A stretch of DNA of 64,000 nt from Klebsormidium nitens (Eukaryota; Plantae; Klebsormidiophyceae). Shown here one piece after another: positions 62,801 to 64,000 of the stretch. Position numbers and translations under genes: made by a program. The notes beneath the pieces were generated by a model. That model did not search any database and was not told the DNA's origin. It saw only the letters and a list, made by a program, of their open reading frames with translations. The stretch is taken from positions 8,671-72,670 of the forward strand of contig DF237423.1 of NCBI GenBank assembly GCA_000708835.1. Direction: 5' to 3'. How positions within the stretch are numbered: the first letter of the stretch is position 1; the number at the start of each line of letters is the position of its first letter.

Positions 62801-64000
62801 CTACTCAAATCCTACATCGTACCGCGGGGTCGGGTACAGCCTCCGGACGACCTGATCCAGTTGTTGCTGCCGTGGTTGGACGCTGCGTTGGCCGCAATCA
62901 AAGAGGTAAGTAGCATAGATGCGAAAGTTTCCTTACATGTAGGCGGGTATACGAGAACTCAGGCAGGCGAGTGCATGTCAATCGTTGAAAGCTTCGAAAG
63001 CCTTTGCACTATTCACCTGCAACCTGGCGTTCCTTGCAGTGCATCTGACGTTCCTTGCAGTGCATCTTTCAGGGCTGTATGGAAACGGGATTCGAAAGAA
63101 GCCAGGCTTTATGCAATCAGATGGATTGAAAATGATGCGTTGTCAATCTTTGAGAATTATTCTTGCAGAGGAACGTAAGGGGCCGAGCGTCTGACCGAGA
63201 CCTTGCGGCGGAGGGCGTTCTGCTCCGTTGGAGGAAGGAGCGCGTCATCTTCCTACAAGACGCCGCCGCGCTCTGGAGCGCCTACCAGGACCTGACACTC
63301 TATCAACTCCCTGTTTTCAAGCACCCGAAGTGGGAGCCGTTCCGCCAAGAAGTCCTGGCGATGTGCGAGCGGTACAAGGACCTGGCGGTGGACGAGGTGG
63401 ACAACTCAAACTTGCCGGCCGAGGTACGTTTTCTTGAAGACAATCTCAATCATGACGCAAACAGGTGCAAACGTTGGGCCATCGGTTTGCAGGCAGCCAG
63501 CAATGCGAGGCCCCGGTTAGACCGCCTCAGGTTTGCCTGACGCAAGAACGGACAGTTCGTGTTATTAGTGACGCAAGAACGGACAGTCCGGGCTGTCCTG
63601 ACGCAGGAACGGACAGTCCGGGCTCTCGGGCTGTCCCGACGCAATCTTGAACGGACAGTCCGGGCTGTCCTGACGCAAGAATGAACATTACGGGCTGTGC
63701 TGACGCAAGAACGGACCGTTCGGGCTGTTACAAACCGAAGATAAATCAAAGCGCTATTGTGCTCTCTCGAGATTGCTTGCGCAAGAAAGAAGCTGCTCAA
63801 TGCAGAGTCTTTAACCGACAAAGGCTGAAGGCGGGTTCCTAAATGCTTTCAGACGAGACCTGTGTCTTACAAGGATACTTCTTTTCTGCACCCGCAGGTT
63901 GCCACAGCGTTGATGGCCCTCGAGGAGCGCATCATCGCGCTTCACGACCAACTTGCAGAGGTTCGCGCACAGGAGAGCGCCGGGTCGCGAGAACGAGAAG
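59821..64000 (+). mobile_element. CryptonF-like / Ndc10-related tyrosine recombinase gene (10+ exons, truncated by window end)
   Basis: Exons 59821-60071, 60219-60323, 60548-60705, 60975-61121, 61330-61483, 61773-61921, 62190-62363, 62665-62905, 63169-63423 and 63898->64000 join with GT-AG boundaries and consistent phase. YR residues: R (ALGRGQD, 61364), K (GKTN, 61472), HxxR (HAGR, 62320-62331), W (LGRW, 62699), Y (MSYL, 62726). Also PDFSTKQGWYD, YIVPRGRVQPP and RVIFLQDAA, typical of the CryptonF/Ndc10 fold. Confidence 0.85.
63538..63730. repeat. ~30-bp minisatellite (6 copies) with an internal palindrome, in intron 9 of the Crypton gene
   Basis: Unit tgacgcaagaacggacagtccgggctgtcc at 63538, 63569, 63599, 63637, 63671 and 63701. 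Core GGACAG-tccggg-CTGTCC is intact at 63581-63598 and 63653-63670. Confidence 0.9.

Noticed and set aside
63538-63730. Repeat array as a CRISPR-like locus
   Set aside because: The units are contiguous with no unique spacers, there are no cas genes, and the context is a eukaryotic intron.
1-64000. tRNA/rRNA/snRNA genes
   Set aside because: The few GTTCGA hits (~28481, 29485, 34687, 40370) lack cloverleaf context. No rRNA- or snRNA-like sequence was recognised.

Overview
Eukaryotic, intron-rich genomic DNA (GT-AG introns, GC-rich exons) with one 427-N assembly gap. Plant-type genes (OTU3, PLAC8, Tic22-like) occur together with ciliary genes (CDKL5/LF5-like kinase, ARL6/BBS3), which suggests a charophyte green alga such as Klebsormidium (inference). 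I spliced most gene models by hand. In order, the window holds: a GT90/CAP10 glycosyltransferase (-), a CDKL5-like kinase (-), ARL6 (+), a PLAC8 protein (+), a broken FkbM methyltransferase carrying a MITE (-), a prokaryote-type HhH-GPD protein (-) head-to-head with a chlamydial AaxB-type pyruvoyl arginine decarboxylase (+), an intronless F-box/LRR gene (-), a Tic22-like gene (-), OTU3 (+), a decayed unknown gene, a TIR element spanning the gap, and a 10-exon CryptonF/Ndc10-like tyrosine recombinase gene running off the right end. The Crypton-like gene has an intact catalytic set and a palindromic minisatellite in one intron. A recurring oddity is that at least four unrelated genes carry decayed tandem copies (mostly 110-133 bp apart) of their own exon-intron junctions inside adjacent introns.
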